Below are positions 24,391 to 36,873 of a stretch of 64,000 nt of DNA, piece by piece. The translations under genes and the position numbers were made by a program. This stretch comes from Octopus sinensis (taxonomy: Eukaryota). How positions within the stretch are numbered: the stretch's first letter is position 1; each line of letters opens with the position of its first letter. Below the pieces are notes generated by a model. The model saw only the letters and a list, made by a program, of their open reading frames with translations. It was not told where the DNA came from and ran no database searches. Location: assembly GCF_006345805.1 (NCBI RefSeq), contig NC_042998.1:201190001-201254000 (forward strand). The letters run 5' to 3'.

Positions 24391-26604
24391 AAAACGAAAA
24401 GCGAAAGTGTTAGCTTCGAAAATTCGTCAGTTGATATTTATGTTGCTTGACTTGATAGTTCAGTTCTGTTAGTGTGGTTTAAAGAGAGACATGTTCATTT
24501 TTCCATACCCAGTCGAAGCTAATTAATAATAACTGGAGAAATTATGTATATTTCCAGCCCCATCAATAATCACTTACGGGGAACAGTGTAGAAAAGTGTT
24601 CTGTAATCAATTCCTCATAGCACTTATGTATTTAGTGCTGCATGAAAACTAGTAACAACAGTCTCAGTCGCAGGGATATAATAGCGGCAATAACATTGTC
24701 ATCAATAACAACCACCACTACACAGCAAGAATGTTGTCAAATCCTGCAAAGAAGTTTCCAAAATCCTTAACAGCAAGAAATTGTGCATTGTGAACATCAC
24801 TGGTACCACTATCATCACGAAAACCATCTCCTCCACCACCATCTGCTCCACCACCTTCATCGTCATCACTATCACATTATGAAGTATTAATAGCAACGAC
24901 AACTATGATTAAGCAGTAGAAACCTACAAAGTATTTCTTTCGCCAATATCTCAATCGTTTTCATGTGAACGCACTAGAAAAGAAGCATGACATAATGATA
25001 TGGAGAAACATTGTTTTGTTTTATTTACGCCCATAAATTCCGATTTACTTTTCACTCATAAACACTTGCACAGATGTTTTCCATCGTTCCACAGGAATAA
25101 AAATAACGAAAATTTCACAACAATACTGGTTTAATTTAGATGGAGAATGATCGAAGTAAAGTCTCAAACATGCCACTAGAACTTGTCTCCTGCTGGGTGG
25201 TGATATGCGCGATTTTACATGAGCTTCACCAGCTGCTAGAAAGGAAAAAAAGTTCATGCGCATTTCATGTTCTCGGCGTTTCACAAATACATATTGCAGC
25301 AAAAATTCATTTTTGTATTTGGGTAAATTATTAGCAGAAACGCTTTCCTCACACTGAGCATATTTTTCTCAGCTTCAAATGCAACGTCAAAGGAATTAGT
25401 TAGGCTGGCTGGGAAGAGGAAATTTTGAATTCGGTGAAGCCCAAACTCCTCAACACGTGCATTACTTACCGCCAATTCGATAAGGATTGAACTGCGGAAC
25501 TAGTGAATTATTCGAGAAGAAACTAGATTTCACAATGATGGCCATCGTTTTGTACCCAGAAAGCAAGTCGTTATTCTTGGATTTGAACATTATCAAAAGT
25601 GCCGCCTTCACATTATGCTGAGACAGGGGTGGGCAACAAGACTCTTTCTGACTTGTGGAGGATTATCAGGAAAAGTCCTGATTTTAAATACTAGTGGTCA
25701 ACAAGAACACCATCTTAGATGCACGTTCGAATTGTGCAGGTATCCTTATAAGAGAGGTGGGTATAAAATCCTCGCAGATATGCTTAGACCTTTATAACCG
25801 ATTCAAATGTAACCGATTGGTCGCTCAGCAAGGAAGCATTTGTCGGTAAGAGAACACCTACAGCATAGCCCCTGTAGTATGATAGAATTCCCCCGATCTG
25901 AAGTTCGAAAAGCAGCTGAATGGCAGAGAAATCTGTCAAACAATGAGGATAACGTTAAATTTATCGGCATATAAGTCAGCTAAATGCGGGCTTCAAAATA
26001 TTGTCCAAAGTGTCACCAAAGATGACGGCACACTTTTTTTTATTTAATTGAGGATGCGCAAGTATGCGCCACCCCAATCGGGTGTATTTAAATTAACTTT
26101 TACATCATATGACACATTATATATAATGTCTGTAAAGAACCTATTATGGGTGGGGTCCTGCAGAATCTAAGTGGATAAAATTAATTCGAGCGACTATTTG
26201 ACGATAGCAAAACTGCAGTGGGTACTAATAAGAAAATTCGCAGTTGTCACGTGAAGTATTTCTTGCTAAACATCGGTGAATCAAGATAGACTATTTAACT
26301 TAAGAAAAATAATGAGGAACGAAATTCTCATATTGTGTATTTCAAATAAGTAGATTTTATTAAAACAAACAAAACGTAGCCCACAACGAAATAGTATAAA
26401 CTAAGGAAGACAATTAAATACACACCTGCCATTTAAAAATATCTTTCAAATAAAGCTGACACGAAGAAATTGTTTGGCACCATGTTAAAAGTTGTGAAAA
26501 TTATGTTCACTGGAAGAAAAAAAAAACATGTAATAAATTCAGCAAATGAACCATCATTTACAGAAACAGAAAATAACGGTTGTTGCAATATGTAGGTGAG
26601 CGCT

Positions 26605-27079
26605 TACGATGTCGAAAACCATCTGCTAGAAAGAGCATCCAACGAAATATCAGCTCTACTTACAATGAGGGAGATAGAAAATACAACAATGGACTGTAAA
26701 AATATCCTCGCCAATGGCAACAATCAGTAACATTCTTTTTTGAGTAAAAAGGAAAATATTTACTACGACGCCGAAAACTATCTGCTAGAAAGAGCAGTCA
26801 ACGAAATATCAACTCTATTTACAACGAGGGAGAAATGAAAATACAACAATGGACTGTAAAAATATCCTCGCCAATGGCAACAATCAGTAACATTCTTTTT
26901 TGAGTAAAAAGGAAAATATTTACTCCGACGCCGAAAACCATCTACTAGAAAGAGCAGTCAAAGAAATATCAACTCTATTTACAATGAGGGAGATAGAAAG
27001 TGCAACAATGGACTGTAAAAATATCCTCGCCAATGGCAACAATCAGTAATATTCTTCTTTGACTAAAAAGGAAAATATT
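26605..27079. repeat. Three tandem copies of a ~160-bp unit
   Basis: ggactgtaaaaatatcctcgccaatggcaacaatcagtaa at 26691, 26851 and 27010. Confidence 0.95.
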
Positions 27080-27319
27080 AATATCCATTGAAAAATCCAA
27101 TGAGAATAATTACTACATAAAATCCATTCAATGCAAATCATGTTTGTTATTGTTAGAATAGATATTTCGTAATGTAATCTACATGATAACATATAACTGT
27201 GCAGTAAAAAATTCCGGAAATCATTATGATTCATTCGCTGACAAATCTGCCAACTCGTTCTCTTGAAATGCGTATATAATCCTCTCTCCTATAGGCAATT
27301 ATGCAACCTCAAATAATGG

Positions 27320-27665
27320 AGGTGGAGCCTAGTGGATTACATCGACGCCAAGGCTCCACCGGTGCTTTATTTTACCGAATCCAAAAGGCTGAAAGCCAAA
27401 GTCGACCGCGGCGAGACTTAATCACAGAATGTAAAAACAGATGAGACGCTGAGTATTTTGTCAGGCGGGCGAACCATTCTGTCAATAAATAATTGTTCCT
27501 TAAATTTCGGGGAGCGAGTAGTTCAATACATCGATCCCCATACTTGGCTCTTATTTATTTTACTGACCCCGGAAGGATGTAATGCAAATTCGACCTCGGA
27601 ACCTCGGGACGTAAATGTGGATGAAATGCTGCTAAGTAATTTGCCAGTGTGTTAATGATTCACTT
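27320..27665 (-). mobile_element. Two old, diverged family-A-like SINE copies
   Basis: Degenerate gaccccggaaggatg...aaagtcgacctcgg motifs occur twice. Confidence 0.6.
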
Positions 27666-28399
27666 TTTCTCATCAGGTCTTAACAATTCATAACGATCTA
27701 CAAGAAAGCGTTGCTTAATTTGAGGTTAACTATGATTTATTCACGCTGTTCACAGTCACATCCAATGAGTATATATAAATATAAATGTATATGCATTTGT
27801 CTATCTATCTAACTATCTATCTATCTATTTATCTATGTATCTAACTGTCTATCTCTCTGTCTGTCTCTGTCTCTGCCTATCACACGGTCACACATACATA
27901 TATATATATACATACATGCAGTAATTTTATCCAGATTGCAAGTTCAGCTTTATAGCTGTAATTATTTGGGACCTGGGATATGTAGCACACTGCCTAAATA
28001 CCAATCTTAAGAAATTAGGCTTCTCAAAGCCAGAAAGAAGAAAGCTAATTCGAAGACTACAGATAGAATCCACCACTGGAATTGTAAAAAATCTGTAAAA
28101 CTTTCGACTTTATCATTTAAATGTATATGAGTATGTGTAGATATACAACTATATGCATGGGAAGAAATACATACAATAAAACGTACAAATATGAACGTAT
28201 ACATACATACATACATACATACATACACACAAACAACAATCTCTCTGTTGTTGATATTACAATTCCAATGAATGAGTCCTTGAATCTACGTTAGAAACCG
28301 GTTCTTTTTGTGTTGGCAAGAAATCTTGAAATATAACCGAATAGTGATATTTATTTTTTTCATTTGCACACTTTTTAGAGCCTAGGCAGGATCATGTAC

Positions 28400-28582
28400 C
28401 TGGTTTCCCGGTTTCTATGGCGTATGTGTTCCCCAGCTGGACGGGACGCCAGTCCATTGCAGCGTTACACATTTTTGCCAGCTGAGTAGACTGGAGCAAC
28501 GCGTCGCCCGGTCCAGAAATCGAAACCTCAATATTACGATCATGATGCTGACACCCTAATCACTAAGCCACGCGCCTCCACG
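28400..28582 (-). mobile_element. tRNA-derived SINE fragment, further family
   Basis: Reverse complement begins gtggaggcgcgtggcttagtgattagggtgtcagcatc...ggtttcgatttc (A/B-box-like). Confidence 0.6.
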
Positions 28583-28687
28583 AATAATGATATACATATA
28601 CAATAACAATTGCAGCGTGGAAGGTGATTATAAGCCAGTTAAGAAACACACAAAAACCGTTAGATTCACTTCAACATTTAAATTCAA

Positions 28688-28738
28688 TTTGCCAAAATAT
28701 TTTCGTCGCTTTGAGACCGCGACCTGTTCACTGACAAA
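28688..28738 (-). ncRNA. Minimal type-I hammerhead motif with G3:C8 compensatory core
   Basis: TTTGTCA-GTGAACA-g-GTCGC-ggtctcaaa-GCGAC-GAA-AATATT-T-TGGCAAA: stem I 7 bp, stem II 5 bp, palindromic stem III. Confidence 0.65.
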
Positions 28739-28779
28739 ATTCTGTGCTGCAGTGAGATGCATAAAAATGTATGAATGAA

Positions 28780-28990
28780 GCCCTACCAAAAACTGAGCAT
28801 CTATAAAGTACAAATTGGAACCTCAAGTCAAAAACAATACCTGTTGTCATAGGTGCCCTCGGAATTATAGCCAAAGGAGTTGATTGCTACCTAGTTCAAA
28901 TATCTATCTGGAAATCAAAATAGACGAAACTCAAAAAATAGTACCCATGGGAACTGCCTATATTCTACCTAAAATATATTGTCAATGAAA
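28780..28990 (+). mobile_element. R4/Dong-like extreme 3' fragment, same family as 11690-14880
   Basis: Colinear with 14460-14690 (aaaacaatacctgttgtcatagg). Confidence 0.8.
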
Positions 28991-29275
28991 TCTCCAAGGC
29001 AATTTAAACCTCTTAACAGTGTTAACATGCGTTTAAATGTACATAATCGCAAACGCCTTTTTCTGTCATCTTAACATCACGCTATTACCTTATAATGAAA
29101 TTACTTTTAAAACAGACTTCTAATTTACTCATGATTTGACTGACATTCCCTAAAACGAATGTTCGTGCAAAATCAAATATATGACACCAACTTCAACATC
29201 TAACCAGCTGTTTTTTGAGGTGTCTAGGTAAGACTTGAAGGTAACATATACAAACACAAAGCAAAAGCCAAATAT

Positions 29276-29276
<1 letters not shown>

Positions 29277-29316
<40 letters not shown>

Positions 29317-29395
29317 AATGATGATGATGATGGTGATGATGATGATGATGATGATGATGATAGTAATAATAACAACAACAACAACCACAACAACA
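29277..29395. repeat. (GAT)n/(AAC)n microsatellite
   Basis: Direct reading. Confidence 0.95.
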
Positions 29396-29479
29396 AGATG
29401 ATACTCGCTGCTCTGTTTTGCCTGTTGAGATACTCTTTAGGCGCAAGAAGTCTTCACGTGGAGACAACATGATAATAAT

Positions 29480-31000
29480 AAAATGCTTTGATAAAAATAT
29501 GAATCATCTCATTTACATGGATAATTTAAAGCTCTTTGCAAAAAATGACCAACAACTGCAGGGCTTACTAGCGATTGTTAAACAATACAATGATCAATGG
29601 AGAAGTAGAAATCCCGGGTTGGTTCACAAAAGGAAAAAGGGTGTTGTGCCTGAAGGGGGCATCAAACGGAAATGCTGCTGACAATTACAGATCGGTTTCC
29701 TTGCTTCGCATTAATTTGGAGGTTACTAGCAGCCGGAATTACAGAAAGACAGTATAAACTTCTTGATGAGAGCGACATATTACTGTTGGAACAAAAAGGC
29801 AGTAGAAGCAGATGCAGAGGTATCAAAGATCAACGAAGCAGAAAAAATCTTGGAATGTCCTGGATTGATTATCGCAATGAGTATATGATTCCACATTTGT
29901 GGACCATCAAGCCCTTAGATCTGTTTGGAATTGCGAGGAATGTAATGTGTTTCTTGAAGAGAAGTATGGTGGGATGGCAAACTGAAATGACGTCTTACGG
30001 AAAACTTTTGGGTACCCTGGTTATCTAAAGAGGGATTTTCCACGGTGATAGACTATTTCCATTGCTTTTCGTTTTCTGAAGGATACCCCTGATCTTGGCA
30101 CTTAGGAAAAGGAACCTAGGGTACCAACTAAAGGAAAAATCCCTAAAAATCAACCACTTCCTTTTCAGGGATAATATGAAACTGTACGGCAAAGATGAGA
30201 CAGAATTGAGTCCCTTGGTGAATACGGTCCACTGGTTTAGTACTGATATGAGAATGGAATTCGGACTCAAGAAGTGCGGAATAATGTACCTAAAATGAAG
30301 AAAGGTGCAGTCACTTGCAGGAATAGAATTACCGAATAAAGACTTAATCAAGCAAATTGAAACGGAAGGATAGAAACAGCTTGGTGTACAAGAGTTCAAC
30401 GAGATAATGGAAAAAGGAAGAGAAAGACAGTCTGAGGATAAAGTATTTGCGAAGAGGAAGTTTGGTGCTGCGCTCAAAATTATCTGGATGAAATGAAATA
30501 AAACCAGTTAATACGTGGGCGATAGCATCACATCGGCATGGAGCGGGAATTATATAATGGTAAATAAGGAGAAATAAAGAAAATGGATGCCAAGACCAGA
30601 AAAATGTTGACAGTACACTTCCACCCTAATAGTGATACCGATAAGCTGTACTTATCCAGAACAAAGGGTAGCAGAGGTTTGATCAGTTGTCTGAACTGTA
30701 TCGAAGCAGGGAAACAACCTAGGATGGTATATAAAAATGCTGTGGAGCCACTGCCGAAACACCCAAAGACCGGCGTCATCGAAACTGAAAATTGTGTAAC
30801 TAACGATAAATTTAAACAAGAAATGAACAAAACAAAAAACGAAAATGCATGAAAGGAAAAGAAAAGGCATGATCAGTTTGCAAGAGATGTGAGCGCCAAG
30901 ACAGATATAGAGGACCGGTGTCTATGGATGAGGAGGAGTGATCTGAAGATAGAGATAGAAGCATTCATATGCGCAGCTCAGGGAGAAGTGTTAAGGACTA
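29480..31000 (+). mobile_element. Chimeric decayed R4/Dong-like RT region (short RT5 piece 29480-29590 joined to RT1-thumb of a second family)
   Basis: HLIYMDNLKLFAKND; IPGWFTKGKRVL...NYRSV; RGIFHGD; INHFLFRDNMKLYGKD...FGLKKC; LYLSRTKGSRGLIS; LKIEIEAFICAAQ. Confidence 0.8.
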
Positions 31001-31004
31001 ACTA

Positions 31005-31095
31005 GAAGAAGAAGAAGAAGAAGAAGAAGAAGAAGAAGAAGAAGAAGAATTAGAAGAAGAAGAAGAAGAAGAAGAAGAAGAAGAAGAAGAAGAAG

Positions 31096-31126
<31 letters not shown>

Positions 31127-31135
31127 GCAGAAGAA
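31005..31135. repeat. (GAA)n microsatellite
   Basis: Direct reading. Confidence 0.95.
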
Positions 31136-31143
31136 GAAGGGAT

Positions 31144-31438
31144 GGGAGCTAATCAGAGAAAGACTTGAAACGTAAGACCATAATACATTATGCAAAGACA
31201 AGTAAATATAGAAAACTATCCAGAATCCTCATCCGGTACTGGATCGATCCTTAAATCTAATCCAATCAGTTCGTGTCAGTCACGAGACCAAACATCTCTA
31301 AGAGTTTCATCCGAATCCGTCCAGCGGTTCTTGAGATACCTTGTCCACGGACAAACAAAGGAACAAACACGACTGAATACAAAAGAAGAAGAAGAAGAAG
31401 AAGAAGAAGAAGAAGAAGAAGAAGAAGAAGAAGAAGAG
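31144..31438 (+). mobile_element. Helitron/DINE-like short element, copy 2, with (GAA)n tail
   Basis: Matches 16028-16272. Confidence 0.55.
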
Positions 31439-31479
31439 CTGTTAAACAACTGAAATCCAAGCTTAAACTGGATCAACAA

Positions 31480-32335
31480 AGTATCATGATAAAATGATAG
31501 CAAAAGAAAAGCCAGTACGTGTGGTAATTATTGTGTCAAGCTAAACAGAAATTAAACAGACAAAGTAAAATTCCAACTCAGGAGAAAAGGCAGACACTGA
31601 AGGGTTTTAATTACAACACAAAACCAAAACCTCCTCCCAGAAATCAAGAAAAGCATATAAGGAAGTCATAAGTAAATGCAGTATATATGGTGATGGGAAA
31701 GAAACAATAAATCATATATTCTTTGGCTGCCCAGTCCTGACAAACAGGGAATATGTTTACAGACATGACTGAGTTGGTATCTAGATACACTGGAAGCTAT
31801 GCCAACACTATAGAATGACAAGTCCAGAAAGCTGTTACAGGCACACCCAAGAAAATGTCTAGAGAAAATGAGAAAGTAACCATGCACAGAGAGAAGCCAG
31901 GGCAAATAGGCTGGATATAGTTTTCAGAGATCACCAAGAAAAAACGGCCTTCTAATCGATGTATCAATATCAACCGATGGCAATGTCTTTCTAAAAGAAA
32001 CTGACAAACTCTCAATATACAAAGATCTGAATATAGAGTTAATTCGAATGTAGAGCCTAAAAAGCGGAACAATCCCTATAATAATGTGTGAATTAAACAT
32101 GATAACTAAATTTTCAAGCAAATACATTATCAAAAGACCAGGAATTATGAACGTATATAACACAGAGAAAATTGCGCTACTAGGAACCTCATTCAGGCTA
32201 CGTAAAGCACTGTCAAAACAGTGAAAACAAGAGCACCGCAACAAACCACATCACATGACGTAGGCATTGAGAGCTGCGCTTGGTAGTACACTGAAAGCGG
32301 ATGATAAAAACAAGACTAACGAATAACACTAATAA
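31480..32335 (+). mobile_element. R4/Dong-like C-terminal fragment (CCHC, RLE) of another family
   Basis: KETINHIFFGCPVL..REYVYRHD; LLIDVSISTDGNVFLKETDKLSIYKDLNIELIRM; IALLGTS..LRKALS*. Confidence 0.75.
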
Positions 32336-32586
32336 TAGCAATCATTTGTACCAAAAGTACAATGCCTGAAATGTGTGGTGACGGGATTAGCCGCTTACAT
32401 CAACGTTTCATTGGCTTTCAATTTATCGACCCCGAAAGGATAATGGACAAAGTCGTCATTAGTGGAATTTGAATTCAGAGCTTAATGACAGACTAAATAC
32501 CACTAAGCATTACGTACAGCGTAGAAACAATTCTACAACATCACTGACTCCAATATTAATAAAAATAATAATGCTGTTATATACCC

Positions 32587-32626
<40 letters not shown>

Positions 32627-32723
32627 AAGTGTGCGTGTGTGTGTGTTTGCGTGTGTGTGTGTGTAAATATAAGTATAAGTATATATATATATATTATATA
32701 TATATATATATATACACACACAT

Positions 32724-32757
<34 letters not shown>

Positions 32758-33197
32758 GTATATGTATATATATATACTCATACTTATATTTACACATATA
32801 CATATGCACACACATGTATATATATATATATATAAACGCCCTCACATACCCATATATATATATATATATATATATATTTGCATGTGCAACTGTGTGTGTG
32901 TGTAATTATAGTCTTATAGTAGTGAGTATGTATATATTTAAGGCAAACCGCTTGCATTAATAAAAGAAAACATATACGCCTCTTCATTTTCATAGAGTTT
33001 AAAGAGTGAAATGTGATCACACCCATCTCATATATCATTTGGGAAAAAACATATAAACATTCACCGTGAGAAAGAGAAACGATACATGGTAAAGACCTTT
33101 GCGTTACTTGTAACTATAACTCGTGAAATTATTCTGAAATTTTATTGATATACTTCTGTGCAATTTTCTTGGCTACTTGCAAAATCTAACATTGTAC

Positions 33198-33276
<79 letters not shown>

Positions 33277-33450
33277 GTGAATTATATATATGCATATATG
33301 CATACATATATATATATATACATGCATATATCGGCAAAGGATATAAAAAAACGGTGAACACAATGAGAAACGATACATAGAGCATAAGGAATATTCCCCT
33401 CCTTCAGTTGTCCTTGTTTCATCTACTCCGCGTTTCTATGTGTGTGTATG

Positions 33451-33517
<67 letters not shown>

Positions 33518-33582
33518 CGTTATATAATTAGTGTTCAGTAAAAAAATTTACTTTACTACACACCGAGCTTTTAGAAATAGCA

Positions 33583-34113
33583 GCCAAAAAGTTTAGCTAT
33601 TTCCTCTCCTATAAGAAAAGTCTCCCAGACAATGTATACTCAAAAATAATTCACGTAGGTATAGAGGGAAAAATAAGGAAAGATCACACGTACATCGATT
33701 ACTTGAAAACGCCGTTTCTGGATTAGTTGGATATAGAGATCCACATTTCCACCATCAGCCCAATTTTACCCTTTTATTATTGACTATATATATATATATA
33801 CATATATATGTATATATATATATGTGTGCGTATGTATGTGTTTGTGTGTATACAGTAACAAAGAGCATTATTTAGCCCCAGCATCGCTAGAAATATGATT
33901 CACAACAAATGTTAGCCACGAGGGACAATGATCTTTTGACTGGCAAGGGAGGCACGCTTCCATCAGCATCCGGTTTATAACCAGTTCACCAGTCATTTCT
34001 TATTTGATTAATGCTCGTCAGTGGCCAAAAAGTTTAGCTATTTCCTCTCCTATAAGAAAAGTCTCCCAGACAATGGATACTCAAAAATAATTCACGTAGG
34101 TATAGAGGGAAAA
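33583..34113. repeat. 90-bp direct repeat pair (33583-33672 / 34024-34113), one mismatch
   Basis: gccaaaaagtttagctatttcctctcctataagaaaagtctcccagacaatg...gtatagagggaaaa occurs twice, 441 bp apart. Confidence 0.95.
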
Positions 34114-34244
34114 TACCCTACGCCTAAGATACCTCGCTATGTCTTTACCGTAGAAGTCATACACTGATTTCATAAATGGTCGTAGCTAAGATTTGTTTCA
34201 ACGGTAACTTCTATAAACTGACACTGAGAGTTAGCGCATTGTGA

Positions 34245-34440
34245 GATTTTGAACAGCAATATGTCGCTAATCTCAATTCTTTTAGATACGAGAAACACAG
34301 AAAATCCACAACATTAGCCGTCATATCCATCATCTCAAAAATAGAAATAGTCCCTACATTTTGTCACGGACCATAATGCATTCAAGGGTTCAATACCAAA
34401 GTCAAACCTTATCCTGTAAGTTTTTACTAAAAGTTGGCAT
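34245..34440 (+). pseudogene. Decayed Penelope-like GIY-YIG endonuclease C-terminal segment
   Basis: FEQQYVANLNSFRYEKHRKSTTLA / HIHHLKNRNSPYILSRTI...YQSQTLSCKFLLK resembles the PLE pattern F..RY.NH..SF...KY..ST.LS.HIW.LK...Y....C.LCL.EK; one frameshift. Confidence 0.6.
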
Positions 34441-34850
34441 TCCACGTATTAAAACACAACACCTCGACACAACTAAATAAGTATAATGACTCCCTACGTA
34501 CATGGAAGCACCACTTTTTCATTCATTCAAATTCTACCTCAAATCCAAATGCATCCTAAATAACCACACAGAATATATCTACACCACCCCATAAATATTC
34601 CCAAGCAACCCTACTTAAATTTCCTTTATCTCCATTTTAATTTTCAATTTATAATTTATAATTAAATATCTTTAACTTTTTTTAACTCACCTGTCTTACT
34701 TTAAGGATCTCAATCATTTAAATCTTCTTACATGGACATACAAACGGATACATGTGTGTGTATGTAAACGTGTGCAGGTATTTGTATGTATGCATATGTA
34801 TGCAGGTATATGTATGTGTACATATATACATACATACATACATAAATATA

Positions 34851-34944
<94 letters not shown>

Positions 34945-35333
34945 TTATATATATATATGTGTGTGTATGTGTATGTATATGCATGTGCATATGTATATAC
35001 AAAAGTATATGAATGAGCGTCAGTATGTGTATATATGCATACGTAAGTAAATGTATGCGCATACATATATAAATACCTTCGAATGAGCCACACATAAACC
35101 ACGGCTCCATATTTGAAATGACTAAACATGATCTACTGTTGGAAGTTACATAACATGTACAGGAAAATTTTTTCAACAATCCTATACACCACTTTACTCG
35201 AATATTGGAAATGCGACAATATTTTATATTTATTTCTACTTTCATTCTCTTATTTCCTTTTATATTCCCTATTTGCTCCTTTTCCATAATAATTCGAACT
35301 CAAATATTTACTTCAATTTCCCCATCTCACATA

Positions 35334-35381
35334 CTCTCTGATGACAGGATAACTATAATATCCCAGAAGCAGCTTTAAGAC
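35334..35381 (+). ncRNA. Degenerate hammerhead motif
   Basis: CTCT-CTGATGA-ca-GGATA-actataa-TATCC-ca-GAAGC-AGCT-TT-A-AGA; GAAAC is mutated to GAAGC. Confidence 0.45.
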
Positions 35382-35453
35382 TATATGTATATATTTGACA
35401 TTATAAGTGTCATCAAAACTCCTCACACCCTTGATTTTGTTGTCTTCTTTGTT

Positions 35454-35500
<47 letters not shown>

Positions 35501-35502
<2 letters not shown>

Positions 35503-35697
35503 TATTTTGATATAAGTTTAACATTTATGACAATCACCGTCAATTACTTCACAAATAGTCTAATAAAGTGGCATATAAGCGTTTCCGCATGGGAAAGCCT
35601 TCTTTTTCTGTCAAGGGCTTATATGCTCTTTATTAGAATATTTCCCTTAGTAATTGCACGGTGATTGCCATAAGCTTTCACCTTATATAAAAATACC
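35501..35697. mobile_element. (TA)n-flanked foldback element, ~80-bp arms
   Basis: ggtattttgatataag...acaatcaccgtcaattact...tctaataaagtggcatataagc pairs with the right arm ending aaaatacc. Confidence 0.8.
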
Positions 35698-35941
35698 ATA
35701 TATATATATATTTACAGATAGTTACATAGATAGTGAGGTATGCTTACATAAATTCATACATATACATAAATCTGTATATATATGTATGTGTGTGATGTAT
35801 GTATATACAAGTTGCGATTCTGTACATAGTAGAATATGTTAACTAAGTAGGAAAAACTTTGTACCTATAAATATCAATTACGTTTCTAATGTGTGTATAA
35901 CTGTTCGTTGAACCTAAACAAAATACAAATCATTTAAGCAA

Positions 35942-35992
<51 letters not shown>

Positions 35993-36576
35993 CATAAAAT
36001 AAATGTGTGTGCGTTTGTGGGGGGAGGCTGTGTGTGTGCGCGGGCGCGTGTGCTTGTTTGTTCAGTAGAACGAAACTGCGTTAAGCAATCGGTTTCGTAT
36101 ATAATAGTTCCTTATATATTCAAGCAGTCTTTGAATATTGCATTACATAGATATTCTACTAAATAAATTGCTTTTATTTGGAAATCTGGAAAGATATTAT
36201 TTCACAATATTGTTGAACGTTGTCAAATCTTTAATTATATAGAAGTTTACGGTGTGAAAATATTTTCATGTTTTGTTAATGTCTTGTTAACCAAGAAGTC
36301 ATCTTGAATAAATTTATAGGAGATTGTAGATTTACACTCGATTGCTTATACGCTCTTTCTGTCCTGAAGCTGATGATACTAGAAATGTACACATCCGATA
36401 GATGTACTTTTAGGAGATTTCTATACACTGGCCCAACAGTATGACAGCAATCAAATAACTGAAACAAGTAACAGAAATAAAGAACATATTATATATATAT
36501 ATATATATATACACATATATACATATATATATATAAATATATATGTATGTATGTATGTATGTGTGTGTGTGTGTGT

Positions 36577-36873
36577 GGAGGCACAATGGCCCAACGTTTA
36601 GCGCAACGGACTTGCGGTTGTAGGGTCGATGTTTCGATTCCCAGACCGGGCGTTGTGAGTGTTTATTGAGCGAAAACAACTAAAGCTCCAGCGGGTGGTG
36701 GCAATCCCTGCTGCACTCTTTCGCCACACATTTCTCTCACTCTTTCTTCTTGTGGCCTGCTCGTTTAGCCAGCGAGGTGGCGTCATTTGAAAGTAAAAAC
36801 AATGCGAAGCACATTGTGACCAGCGATGCGTAGCAACATCTGATGGCCTGCTCGGTCACGGTGATCACGGTGA
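36577..36873 (+). mobile_element. tRNA-derived SINE, family C
   Basis: tRNA-like head with tttcgattccc; homologous to the inverted copy at 40624-40900. Confidence 0.85.

Noticed and set aside
25045-25600. Possible hAT transposase C-terminal remnant on the minus strand
   Set aside because: Only a weak YL(C)E-like hint after assuming frameshifts; not supportable by eye.
26605-27079. CRISPR-like array (also considered for the 184-bp trimer)
   Set aside because: Whole units are repeated with no unique spacers; eukaryotic context and no cas genes.
33375-33440. Possible circularly permuted hammerhead (ctgaagga...gaaacgcg on the minus strand)
   Set aside because: Stem II does not close and the parts are in the wrong order; too speculative.
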